Positions 30,341-44,004 are shown, numbered from the stretch's first letter. The stretch: 64,000 nucleotides of DNA from the human T2T-CHM13v2.0 reference genome, Homo sapiens (GCF_009914755.1 NC_060944.1); one strand, 5' to 3'. A program made the numbers and translations. The notes: generated from the sequence alone by a model not told the origin.

Positions 30341-31549
30341 CTATATTGCATCAAAATAAAAAAGAAAATAGATGGCAAGCGTTATCATTGATGTCTGCTT
30401 TAGAAATAGCACGATTAATTTAAATTCTAAGAATTTGTCAGATCTTCAAATCTTAGCTATAAAAAAGGATAGCTTTAAAAATATTAAGACCAAGTTATAT
30501 TTAAAATATTTGTAAGACTGAAAAACAAAATGGCTGAATTTAAAATGTACTTGTAACCACAAGAACTTTCAAAACATTTTCCAACAAAAATATCTACAGT
30601 ATGACCTGAAATATAAGGATCAACCTAAGTATTATCTTGAGTATTCTGACATCATAGCTGATTGTGTTATATATACACATCACAAAATTTTATGATTGAA
30701 AAAGGCTTGAGAAATCATCTGCTCTACATCTTTCACATAAAAATTAGAAAATTTACTGCTGGAATAAATCTTAATATAAATAAATCCTCAGACAATTTTC
30801 AGATCGAATCAGGGCATGTACATCTATCTCCTGAGTATGCGCTTATGTGAAATTTCATAGTGGTCCTTAGTACTGAGAACACAATAGCTACTTTAGAGGA
30901 AGCAGAAGTATACTAACTGATTTAAGTCTTGTATTTTAACTGAAATGATTAGCATTTAGAAATGCTTTAAAATGTCCTTACAAGGAAACAAAAATGGTAT
31001 AAAAAGGGCAAACTTATACTTTCTATACTAGAAAGGCATACACATATACCAGAGCTCCAAAGAATATGAATTTTTCTTTAGCAATCATTTAAAAATAAAA
31101 GCATAACCTCAACTGTATACGGTATTAATCCACTGTGGGTCCACAGAATGAGCAAGATATTCTTTGGACTTTTGTTAATGAAATGTAAATAGAAAAAACA
31201 GAATTCTCCAAAAATTCTCATGTTATTAAATATATATTGAGCTAAAAAAAAGCACATTAAAATTAAGTACTTTTTTAAGATTAAGTTATAATTTGTGAAT
31301 ATATATTATTTTCCATATTAAAGCATTTGATCTTTAACTTCCTAACATGAAAAACATCAGTATCCTAGTAGCATTGTTCCCATGTTATCAAAAGTCAAGT
31401 TACTAGCATTAATTAGCTTAACAATGAAGTTTTAACTACTATAATTATAAATACCCCTCAAAATTAGTCTTAAAATTGTATTTTCCCATAATTAGAGTTA
31501 TAGAAAACTATTGAATATTCAAGTAAAGAAAAAACAAAGTTATACTGAC

Positions 31550-31748
31550 ATCTCGTTACTTCTATAGATGATGGACTGCCAGATAAAGATCTGGGAGATA
31601 AGTCAAGGCAATTATCTCGTATAGCATCTTTTAGTAGAGATGAGTTTTTCCATTGTTTTGATAGTTCCTTTTCTGTTTCAGCACAGAAGACTTTCTGTTG
31701 TTTCTTTGGTAGCTTTACCGTTTTCATTCTGGAATGGATATTCTCCTC
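31550..31748 (-). CDS. SYCP2: SYCP2 exon (EENIHSRMKTVKLPKK...SPSSIEVTR)
   Basis: 199 nt, tttag / GTCAGT, phase 0-1. Confidence 0.93.
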
Positions 31749-32369
31749 CTAAATGTATCAATAACTTTCAAATTATACTCAAGTACAAATATTTACACTT
31801 GGACACATAAAACAAATTATATTCAAATATTTATTAAATGTTGTATATTACCACATACAGGCATAACAAGGACCTAGACATGAGTAGTGAAAGACTTTCT
31901 AATATACTAGAAGCCATAAGACAAATTCACAGGAGAATATAATACATTTACTATAATAAATATCTTAAGAGATACAAATAGCCTTCTTTGAGGGTTCAAA
32001 GATTATATCCAGTTTAGGAAAATTAGAAAGCATTCCTAAATTTCATAGTATTTGAGATACTAAGGAGTTTGTGAAAGAAGGTAGAAAGGGGAAGACATAC
32101 TGCGAATAGAGAAGACTTCGCAAGAACAGAGGGAGTTGAGAGGCACAGGTCTTTTTTGGGAGTCACAGGTTATACTATCTGACCATTTCACAGTTCTGGG
32201 CATACACTGGAGAAGGGTAGAAAAAAGCTTGGAATGGCATTTTGATGCTCTGAATATCTGACAATAGAGATATTTTTAGGGTCTTCCTTTGAAGAGGGAT
32301 AAGATGAGAGGTGGCTTGAGAAGGCATGTGACTATTTGTATGGTAAACTTCCTTTAAGAAGTGACAGAA

Positions 32370-32723
<354 letters not shown>

Positions 32724-32805
32724 CTAAGTTAGGAAGTCTTTAAAGCATTTTGGGTAAGAGATAAGATTGCAAACAAGAAGAGATGGAAGTTTATGATGTC
32801 AAATC

Positions 32806-33225
32806 AGCACACTGTACTGTTCAGAAACCTATCTTCAGTGCCAGACTCTCTGGTTTCAAATCCTAGACCTACCACTTCCTAGTTGTGTGACCTTGAGCAA
32901 ATTCCTTCTCTCTGAGCCTCAATTTTCTCAGTTGTAAAATGGGATGACACTAATAGTACTAATTACCTATAGTACTTATGAGATTTTTAGACATTAAATC
33001 TGTAAAGTGCTTAATATAGCAGTTGACACATTGTAAGCACTACATATATTTATATACTATACACATACACTATACTAAAATAGTAATATAAGTATATATA
33101 TTTTTCCCATAATTGGAGTTATAGAAAACTATTGAATATTCAAGTAAACAAAAAATGAAATTATACTGACATCTCATTACTTCTATAGATGGTAGACTGC
33201 CAGACAAATAAATAAATATTTAACT
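32806..33225 (+). mobile_element. MIR whose tail is interrupted by a ~170-bp insertion
   Basis: ggtttcaaatcc...tgtgtgaccttgagcaa...ctctgagcctc...taagcact [insert] aataaatatt. Confidence 0.75.
33102..33208. repeat. Local direct copy of 31481-31587 (exon 3' end + donor + intron)
   Basis: 107 bp, 9 mismatches, no gaps (manual alignment). Confidence 0.95.
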
Positions 33226-33672
33226 TTGCTTTCAAAAACAGGTGACTGGGAATGTTTCTGGACATTATGAGACATAAGGAAGAAGTCAGGGATGGTGACA
33301 GGTGGGCCAGTGTGTGGGAAGAACCTCAGACACCAATATTTTGCTTTCACTCAACAGACACACAGCTTCTCCATGCTATACTTTATTAAAGCCTAATTTT
33401 AGAAGATTAAGTACTTCTCCCTTTCAAAGATACTATCATCAAGTTATAATTTCACTAGATTCAGACATCTGTTTTGTAAAAAAAATGCCAACTTATTACA
33501 AAATTTAGCATTATATTGCCTAAGGGCAAATTTCTAGAATTATTATTTAAGTTTTGTCATAAAAGAAGTTAACTCTTAAGAAGTAACAGGATAAATTTGA
33601 CATTTTTTACAAAAATATATATTTAGTATTTTAAGAGGCTTTTAGAAATTAATCTGAACTGTATCTATTTAC

Positions 33673-33843
33673 CTTTACTGGTATGTTCTCTTTAAATGAA
33701 TGTGAAAATTCTTGTTCACACTCTGATTCTGAATTTGAGAGATCTTTATAGTTTTTTTTTGTTTTGGTTGCTTTTCGTGGAAGTCTGATTCTTCCTTCCG
33801 GAATTGTCTTGTCCATCTTTTTTGTGATATTTTTACTGGGTGT
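33673..33843 (-). CDS. SYCP2: SYCP2 exon (TPSKNITKKMDK...KENIPVK)
   Basis: 171 nt, cctaaag / GTAAAT, phase 0-0. Confidence 0.93.
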
Positions 33844-34295
33844 CTTTAGGAGAAAAATTCCTGAATATTAGATCAATATTTGAGGTACAAGAAATACAAG
33901 CAATTTGCTATAAAATTGGCACTGTGACAAGTTTTACATAAAATATTTGTAAGAATGATTCTTGATTAACATACTTTAAATTAATGGATTTTATCTTCCC
34001 ATTCCAGTTATCATCTTTACCATCTCTGTATCCCTACCATTAAGTCCCTGAGAAGCCTGATATATACTATCTAACTGAAGTAAAAGATTTTAAAAATACC
34101 TAAAAGCACAGAATAAAATGGAGTCAAAGGCCAGTATGATTTAAAAAGAAACAGGAGAAAGTGTGCAAAAGAAGGAAGAGGTACATAAAACACATAACTG
34201 ATAACAAGGATAAAATTATGAGATGATGAATTATTTTTATATGGCAAGAAAAAATAATTTTAAAGGGATGTTTGAACACAAACTTCTTGGCTTAC

Positions 34296-34333
34296 CATTT
34301 TAGAGCTTGGCTGTCCCTTTTCCAAGGATGATC
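34296..34333 (-). CDS. SYCP2: SYCP2 small exon (SSLEKGQPSSKM)
   Basis: 38 nt, ttacag / GTAAGC, phase 1-0. Confidence 0.92.
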
Positions 34334-36100
34334 CTGTAATTCAGAAAAATAAGGTTAAATTTTCACAGTAAATAAGAATAGGCATTAAATTTATTAGAAC
34401 ATCATTTCAGCATATTTAAATTAAAATAATAAAAAGTAGTAAGTTTTTAAAGCATGTGTTAGCATTTAATAAGTGAACCTCCATGTGGCCTCAGGCCACC
34501 AGGATACCAGCCCTCCTGACACCGTAATCTTCTCACCTCTTCTGCTGAAGAATCTGGCCTCACAATACACTATTTTGGAAGCTTTTCCTTTCCCAGAACT
34601 TTTTAGTAGCCCAATTGTACCACATCTCTGATTGGCACCATTTTTAAACTCATTCAAAAATGTAATTTTCAAGAATTGATAACTTTTACTGTAAAGTGTT
34701 TCTTATGATATGAATTGCCAGTTTTCCTCCCTCTCCTTTATTTTATAGAACTTTTTAAACATATAAGAGAATATGTCAGCATAAGTTAAAAAGTTAACAC
34801 CTATAAATCTACCACTCAATTTAAGAACCAGATTGTGTATAATGCTGAATCTACTTACGTATGCTCTCTTATACCATCCTCCGTGTCCCTTCTGCTAAAA
34901 GGTAATTACTGTCCTGAAATCTGCAGGTCTTAGTTACTTGCTTTAAAAACAAGTTTTATTACATAGATATAAATCTCTAAACAATATAATGAGATTTATA
35001 AAATATCATGTCCTGTATAATATCCTACGATTTATTTTCCATACATCACAATGTTAATAAGATTTACCCATATTATTGATAGCAGATTTACTCTCACTTC
35101 TTTTTGCCTTTCAAGCATAATGTTATCTTTCCAAATAGTCTCTGAAACCTAAGAAATAAGATTATCCAAGCAAAGGAAGCAAAGCTGTTTTGGAAGAGAG
35201 GTCCTCTAATCTTGGCAATAAGTCAACTCAAACACATTAACTTGTAGTTATTCAATAATTTAAACAAAAGAATTCATACAGAATTTCAATTTCGTAAGTT
35301 AAATTTTATAAATATTTAGTGATGACACTAACCTCTAACATCTTCGTGAGATCTCTAATCTTCTACTTTATGTTATAAATGTTTTTATTTGTACATCTTC
35401 CCACTAGACTGTAAGCTCCCTGAGGGCATGTGAATCTTACTATATTTATCTTTGGCTGCTTCAAGGTTCAGACTATGATGCAATCTAGCCTCACCTTTCA
35501 CCATTTTCCCATAAATATGATCTATGTACCAAATACTTCAATACTGCATTCCCTGAATATACTATGCTATTCCATACTTCTCTCCCTTTTATATATGATA
35601 ATCCTGCTGCTTTACTTCCTCATGTATCTGGTGACCTCTCACCTAAATTTCAAGATTCAGCTTCATTTCTAAACACATGCCAAAATTCACTTCTATTTTT
35701 AGGTAACTACTGGTTATTTTTAATCCTGAAATAAAATGAAAGCTGATGCCCTTAAAATAAATATACATTTAGTTGAAAAGCACAGAGTTAAGTCTTCTTT
35801 TAAAAATGCAACATATAAAATCTTTGTTTTAGCAAACATTGAAATTGATGTTCAGCTATGAAAATGGTAATTCTCTCTAGCCAAAACTTATACCTGAAAC
35901 TCTTACCAACTGCTTCAGGAGATTCACTATCACAGAGAAAGCAGAAGCCACTTTCTAGGAAAATACTTTGTGGAAAACTTAGACCCAAAAAAAAAAATCT
36001 GGAAGAAAATTGTTTTCCTTTTGATATATTTTTTGTGTCTATATAAATTCCTAAAAAAGGATGCGTGTTGGGTGCAGCAAGAAGATGGGATATTTAGTAA

Positions 36101-36106
<6 letters not shown>

Positions 36107-36152
<46 letters not shown>
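36107..36152. repeat. (TA)n(CA)n microsatellite
   Basis: Read directly. Confidence 0.95.
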
Positions 36153-36153
<1 letters not shown>

Positions 36154-36576
36154 AACATATAAATATATTTATTTTATACACACACACACAAATGTAAATA
36201 CATGTAAATATATATAGATTAGTGTCAAAGTTCAAGCCTTGGTCTTAAAGGTGTTGGGTTCATGAGTACTTGGTATATTATTCACAATAATTAGCTAAAT
36301 AACTGGATAATACTGGGCCATGAGTAGACAAGTGACGAAAATCATGAGCCAAGGATAATGATAAGTCATAATTTGTGTCCCTAAGGTCCTATTAAAAATA
36401 AATATAACCGTATTACTAAAATAAAACAAAAAACATAAAAACTAGTGTTTTGTCCTATCCATGAAAGTATGTAGTAATGAACAGTCTAAATACAATAAGC
36501 TTATATAAAGCATTTTCTATAATTGAAATAAACTGCAAAATCATTTGCAACATTTATCCAAAAGATAATTTCTTAC

Positions 36577-36745
36577 TTGATTTTCCACTTTTATGATTCT
36601 TCACATTTTTATTTCTGCTATAGTCTATTAGCTGTGGTTTTGATTTCGGTTCTCTTAGCCAGCTAATATCAGTCTTGCTGTCATCACATCTGTACTCTGT
36701 TTCAGTATCACTAAACAGATTTTTCTTTTGATGATTTGTTATAAT
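36577..36745 (-). CDS. SYCP2: SYCP2 exon (IITNHQKKNLFSDTE...ISWLREPKSKPQLIDYSR...SGKS)
   Basis: 169 nt, ttttatag / GTAAGA, phase 0-1. Confidence 0.95.
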
Positions 36746-37239
36746 CTATAAAAAAAAGTTTGAAATGCATGAAGAAATACTACATCTCATTATGTCATGC
36801 AAGGTAAGTTAAACCAAAACAACAACAACAACAAAAAAAAACAAAACCCAAAACAGGAAAACTAACTTGTCATTTCTTAACATCCTAATTTAGGATGGCA
36901 TTAATAACCTATCCAAGAAAGTCACTTGGAAAACCAGATCAGATAATGATATTTGTATTTTGGTGTTGATGTTGTTAATTCAAAGTTAAATCAAAACAAC
37001 TTATTTCCAGAGAGGTATAACCTAATAGTATACATATTAAAAAAACTAAACGTGGCATTTCTTTTATTAGATGATTACAAATAGCTGAAAGACCATAAGA
37101 AAATTCATAATAGGAAGGTGGATAGTTGCATAAATAAAACAATCAAAATGTTTTTGTTTTCTTGTTTTTGATAATCTTTAACATTAAAAATTAAGAGAAA
37201 TACTACTTCTAATAGACATATTGAGATATTATAACTTAC

Positions 37240-37297
37240 TTTTTTATCTTTTGTTTTGACAGAAGATTTAAGTTCATCATGATTCCTTGGACCTACC
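37240..37297 (-). CDS. SYCP2: SYCP2 exon (VGPRNHDELKSSVKTKDKK)
   Basis: 58 nt, tttaag / GTAAGT, phase 2-0. Confidence 0.88.
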
Positions 37298-37710
37298 CTT
37301 AAACAAAAATATGTATTAATTAAAAAATACCCTTCATACTTGTTTTCTTAAGGTAATACACAATGGACAATTAGACCTGAGTTTTCAGTCTTAACTTTTT
37401 CACTAATTAGCTATATTATTCTGGCCAAGCCACTTATCCTCTCTGACCTCAGTTATAAAATAACTATATTGGATTAAAGAACTACTAAGTCTTTTTAGCT
37501 TTATGATCTAGGATATACAACTAATATTCAAAGTGATAATTTGCATATTAATTTAAAGAGTAAATGTTGAAGTAACAGAATCATAATGAGAGTAATAATG
37601 ACTAGCATTTTTATTCACTCTTCTCATTTGTTAAAAAACTCTAAGACTGGGAGGAGATATTTAAGAGAAAAAAAAAGATCAGAATATTTTAATCTAATAA
37701 AAATACCTAC

Positions 37711-37766
37711 AATCTAATTGACCTATCCGCACAAGCTTCTTTAGCTGTAGCTTGAAACTCTTGGAT
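37711..37766 (-). CDS. SYCP2: SYCP2 exon (IQEFQATAKEACADRSIR)
   Basis: 56 nt, atatag / GTAGGT, phase 0-2; an in-frame alternative donor lies 12 nt inside. Confidence 0.85.
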
Positions 37767-38218
37767 CTATATTGTAAATAAACAAAAAAAAAGAGGTGTC
37801 AGTGTCAAAATAAAAAAGATTAAAAGGAATAAACATAAAATCTAGTTTTGCTTCACAAAATCATAAGATTTGACATAAAATTAACTTTACTACAATATTT
37901 GTATTTGAAAAGAAAATACAATACACTAAAAATAGAATAGTTTTTTTTTTCATCAATAAGAAAGGTGATTTTCTTGGTAGTGAAGGCTTTCTACCCCACA
38001 ATTGCTTGTTTTTCTCTACCTTATTCCTAAACAAAAATTTAAAAAAAAAAAAAGCCACCTAAATATACGTAGGCTGGTTATCCAAAATATTATTATATAT
38101 TTCTTAAAAATTTTAAAGCATATGAGGATGCACATTAAAAACATTCTATGTAATAACTGCATGGTAAATGCAATGTAACTTCTGAGTAAATACAAAGTAT
38201 CTTGGTATTTTAGCTTAC

Positions 38219-38276
38219 TCCAAGTTTTATGATAGGGTCATCAGCTCCATTCAAATTAAAATTGTAAACATCATTC
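38219..38276 (-). CDS. SYCP2: SYCP2 exon (NDVYNFNLNGADDPIIKLG)
   Basis: 58 nt, ttcacag / GTAAGC, phase 2-0. Confidence 0.93.
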
Positions 38277-38368
38277 CTGTGAAAATGAAGAGCAATATTA
38301 GCTCCACTTAAATATGTGTAGTCTCTTCAAATATGAAGAAAATGAAAAATATTACAAAAAATACTTAC

Positions 38369-38439
38369 ACTGGGCATTCAGAAGTAACATTAACAAAGGT
38401 AGTCTTCAGTTTTCTGTAGCTTTTTTTCTGAACTTTTTC
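38369..38439 (-). CDS. SYCP2: SYCP2 exon (EKVQKKSYRKLKTTFVNVTSECP)
   Basis: 71 nt, cttttcag / GTAAGT, phase 0-2. Confidence 0.93.
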
Positions 38440-38467
38440 CTGAAAAGAGGGTTATAAAAAAATCATT

Positions 38468-39170
38468 AAATGGCTAACAGGTATATGAAAAAATGCTCAA
38501 CAGCACTAATCAGAAATGCAAATCAAAAAATGAGATGTCATCTCACCTCAGTTAAAATGGCTTGTACCAAAAAGACAGGCAATAACAGATGCTAGTGAGG
38601 ATGTGGGCCTCATACACTGTTGGTGGAACGCAAATGGTGGTACAACCACTGTGAATAACAGTGTGAAGTTTCCTCAAAAAACTAAAAATAGAACTACAGT
38701 ATGATCCAGCAAGTTACTGAGTATATATCCAAAAGAAAGGAAATCAATATACCAAAGAGGTATCTGCACACCCATGGTTACTGCAGCATTATTGAAACCT
38801 AAGTGTCCACCAGTGGATAAATGCATAAAGAAAATGTAGTATGTGTATATACAACGAAATATTATTCAGCAATAAAAAAAGAATGAAATCCTGTCACTTG
38901 TAGCAACATGGATGTAACTGGAGGCCAAAGTAAAGTGAAATAAGCCAAACACAGAAAGACAAATACCGCATGTTTTCACTCATAAGTGGGAGCTAAAAAA
39001 GTGAATCTTATGGAGATAGAGCGTAGAACGGTGATTATCAGAGGCCAGGAAGAGTAGGAAGGAGTAGGGGGGGAACTAAGGGATTAAAAAATATATATAT
39101 TACCAGTGAAATGTACACTTAAAAATGATAAAGATGGTAAATTTTATATGTATATTTTACCTCAACAAAA
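38468..39170 (+). mobile_element. L1MA-type 3' fragment
   Basis: aaatggctaacaggtatatgaaaaaatgctc ... cactcataagtgggagctaaaaa. Confidence 0.8.
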
Positions 39171-39339
39171 AAACTTGTACATTACTCTGTGTGGCAAACA
39201 AATAATGTGCATTTTTAAATATTTTTCTAGATGTGCTTCCACTAACATAAATCTTACATTTGTAACATTCTCCTTAAACTGAATAAAAATATATGCAAAA
39301 TAAATTAAATCACCACCCATATATATAATTGCATTCCTA

Positions 39340-40282
<943 letters not shown>

Positions 40283-42201
40283 CACTTCTTTAAATATCGA
40301 AGACTTAAATAGTAAAAATACAATAGAAAATATTGTAAATCTAATAAAATCCTTTAACCTTAATACTTACTGACATTGTTGTACGTAAATAAATGACCTC
40401 CTTACTGGAATTCTATAAGCTAAATTTTGGTGATGCCATCACCACAAACCAAGCATGCTTTTCCTTTGTTTTGGACTCTCATTTGCTTTAAACTCTTAAA
40501 TAGAAAACTTTGAGAGAGGCTAAGGTTTATGTAAAATCTCATGTAAAAGAGTCAAAAAGCTATCAATTAACTAGTATTGTTAGGAAAAAAATATGTGTTA
40601 AATTATTTATACAGCCCACAACTAAAAATATATTCAACCAGATCTCAAAGTAGTGAGGGCAAAAAAAGAAGTTAAATAACATTTAATAAATTAATTGTAA
40701 TATACTGTATTAAAGAAATGTACTATGATTAAATATCACTAAATAATTGATTACTGATCAGAAATAATTAGTAAGTTAGAAATATTAAAACCTAAAATAT
40801 TAATTTTATGTTGTGATTCATCTTCAATTTCTTTCCGTTATTTTATATAGACGTATTTGCATTATTTTAAAAAGGTTATCTCTCAATATATTACTCCTCT
40901 GATCATTTATCTGACTTATCCTTCCCAGTATGATTTTTACCAGTGCTTGCATACATATGTTCATTCACCTGTTGCATCGTTTGTGTGCTGTTACAGAATA
41001 TGTAAAAATGAGCAAAGATGTTAAAGAAGGTAAGCAAAAGGCAGCAATGGTATTATAGAGAATACAAAGATGAGCACAAAAATATTACAGAAAATACAAA
41101 GATGATTCAAAATATAGTGAAAAAACAGAAGAAAAAACCCATGAGTAAAATAGCAAAAATAAATAAAAATTTAAAAGGTACCAAAACACTCTATTGTACA
41201 GATTCAGAATTCTTGCCAAATGGGTTTTTGAGTCAGGGCATCTTGGAAAGTTTTCATAAGGAAGGTACAAAGAGAAATATTTTAATAATCAGATAAGAGG
41301 GTGAGAGAGCCTACTGACTCAGTTTAAAGTTCATTGCAAAGGGAGAAGAAAAAGAGAATACTTAGGAAAGACTTACTTCAGGAAACCTCAAGTTATGTTT
41401 CAGTTAAACATGACATGCCTAGAAAATTAAGAAACAAGACAATCTTTTAAAGGGAAAAGTGAGCCAGTCTATGTTTCCATTTAATTCAATAAGCAACAGG
41501 GACCAAAAAAAGGTTTCTGAACAAGTAAGTGGCATGATTGGAGCTGTGTGCCTTAGAAAGAAAAAAAGCTGGTAGTGAATGTGATGTAAGGATTGCCACA
41601 GAGAAATGCTAGAGGCAAAGAAAATTGTTAACACATAAAACCTATTGTAACAATCCAGAGATTAGAAATCAGAACCGAAACTGGGCTAATAGGAGTTGGC
41701 CTCGACAGGGGAGAAAACATTCAAGAAGAACTTACAGAGGGTGAACTTCAAAACTTGAAATATTAAGTGGACACAGAGAGCAACTGTGAGGAATTAGAAA
41801 AAAGATAATTTATATTATAAGCCTGGATAAAGAGTAAAGGTTTTTTTTAAACAAAATTGGAACTTCAGTAGGATCTAATTGTTAGGAGAAATGGGATTGG
41901 CTATTAAAAAAATACACACACACACACACGCGCGCACGCGCGATAAGGATATACTGAATCATATACCAAAAAGTAAAAATATTATGCTCATATGTGTAAA
42001 AGAAGCTTTTTATTTGAAAAACAGAAGGTTGGAGGGCTATTTTGAGTACTTGCTATTAAACCTGTCAGTGGTTATCATTCATTTAGCAATATTCTGAAAA
42101 CATCGTATCAAATTCCATTTTACCACTATGCTATTTTAGTGTTTATGGTCAAATATTGAGTTTGACTATAGATTTGGTGAAGTTAAGTAAATAACACCTA
42201 C

Positions 42202-42238
42202 CTTACTGAGTTGTACAACAGGTTTGTTTGAAAAACCA
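42202..42238 (-). CDS. SYCP2: SYCP2 small exon (GFSNKPVVQLSK)
   Basis: 37 nt, ttttttacag / GTAGGT, phase 2-0. Confidence 0.92.
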
Positions 42239-42980
42239 CTGTAAAAAAAGATTTTGTCAAAATTGAAAAAGCAAATCAGTATCAATATCATAAAAGTCAT
42301 TTTAAGATAAACCATGTTTGTCACTAAATTTATATTCAATGTTAAAAATAACCAAAATGTAACAGTAATAGTCTGATAGTTTTGCTACTTCACTCACAGT
42401 AAACAGCACTTATAATAGAGCATTCGAAGCTGAATCATTAATGCAGCAGAAAGTGTGAATTTAAAATGAATGATTCCACCATAAGAATCATTTATTCATG
42501 ACCTATAGTAAGGCCAGAATTAACGTAAACTTGAATTAACCACCTAATAGACTATAAATAGACATTTTGTAATAAACAATCTTTGGAAAGACTGCAAAGA
42601 ATGTACTATTTACTACAAAAAAACTCATATCTGGTTAAATTCTGTATTTCATTAAGCAATGTATTTAAATATATTTATTCATTATTAGATTCAGTAAGTA
42701 CAATGTCTACATCCTAAAGATTTTTAAAATGGTATGTTGTATTGATGTGTTTTTTGATCCTATATAAAATGTAACTAGACAATAGAATGACAAATTTCAA
42801 ATTTAGTTCCCTTCTTGTGTAATTTAAACACCTACTATTTATAAAAGTATTAAGTAACCATGTGTTTTCTACTGAAAAGTTACATTATCTGAACCTATGT
42901 TTAAAATTAACCTTTTTAAAATTGTGTAATATAGTTGTATCTGTCAGAAAAATATTCATGTCTGAAATTTAAGAACATAC

Positions 42981-43108
42981 CTGTTAATCAAAGACTCCTT
43001 TAATTTTCTTGTAGACTTGATGTCATCTTTTGTTTTGTATCTTTTATTGATTTGGCTTATCAAGGATTCTGCTACATTGGTAAATTCTTTCCCTTTTGAC
43101 TTTTCTCT
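42981..43108 (-). CDS. SYCP2: SYCP2 exon (REKSKGKEFTNVAESLISQINKRY...ESLIN)
   Basis: 128 nt, tttttttcag / GTATGT, phase 0-2. Confidence 0.95.
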
Positions 43109-43280
43109 CTGAAAAAAATTGTAAGTTACTTTTAAACTCTACCAGTTAATCTTTAAAGGAAAAATAAAGGCTGAAAAAAACTTTTAAGATAAATCTGGTT
43201 CTATTTATACCTGCGGAGAGAAATAAAGAGAGTCAACTGTTTAGTAAGTTTGAGCTTTGTTAGGCATTAAAATAAGATAA

Positions 43281-43934
43281 TTTTTTTTATTATACTTTAA
43301 GTTCTAGGGTACATGTGTACAACATGCAGATTTGTTACACATGTATACATGTGCCATGCCAGTGTGCTGCACCCATTAACTCGTCATTTACATTAGGTAT
43401 ATCTCCTAATGCTATCCCTCCCCCCTTCCCCTACCCCACGACAGGCCCCAGTGTGTGATGTTCCCCTTCCTGTGTCCAAGTGTTCTCATCGTTCAATTCC
43501 CACCTACAAGTGAGAACATGCGGTGTTTTTTTGTCCTTGCAATAGTTTGCTGAGAATGATGGTTTCCAGCTTCATCCATGTCCCTACAAAGGACATGAAC
43601 TCATCCTTTTTTATGACTGCATAGTATTCCATGGTGTATTTGTGCCACATTTTCTTAATCCAGTCTATCATTGAGGGACATTTGGGTGGGTTCCAAGTCT
43701 TTGCTATCGTGAATAGTGCCACAATGAACATACGTGTGCATGTGTCTTTATAGCAGCATTATTTATAATCCTTTGGGTATATACCCAGTAATGGGATGGC
43801 TGGGTCAAATGGTATTTCTAGTTCTAGATCCTTGAGGAATTGCCACACTGTCTTCCACAATGGTTGAACGAGTTTACAGTCCCACCAACAGTGTAAAAGT
43901 GTTCCTATTTCTCCACATCCTCTCCAGCACCTGT
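43281..43934 (-). mobile_element. L1PA 3' fragment, sense to SYCP2
   Basis: ttattatactttaagttctagggtacatgtg; ORF2 C-terminal peptide on the minus strand. Confidence 0.92.
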
Positions 43935-44004
43935 TAACAGAACTGTACAGAGTGCTTTGCAGACATTTTAAAAAATGTTTCTGCCCATAAGAATAAAAAA
44001 CTGA

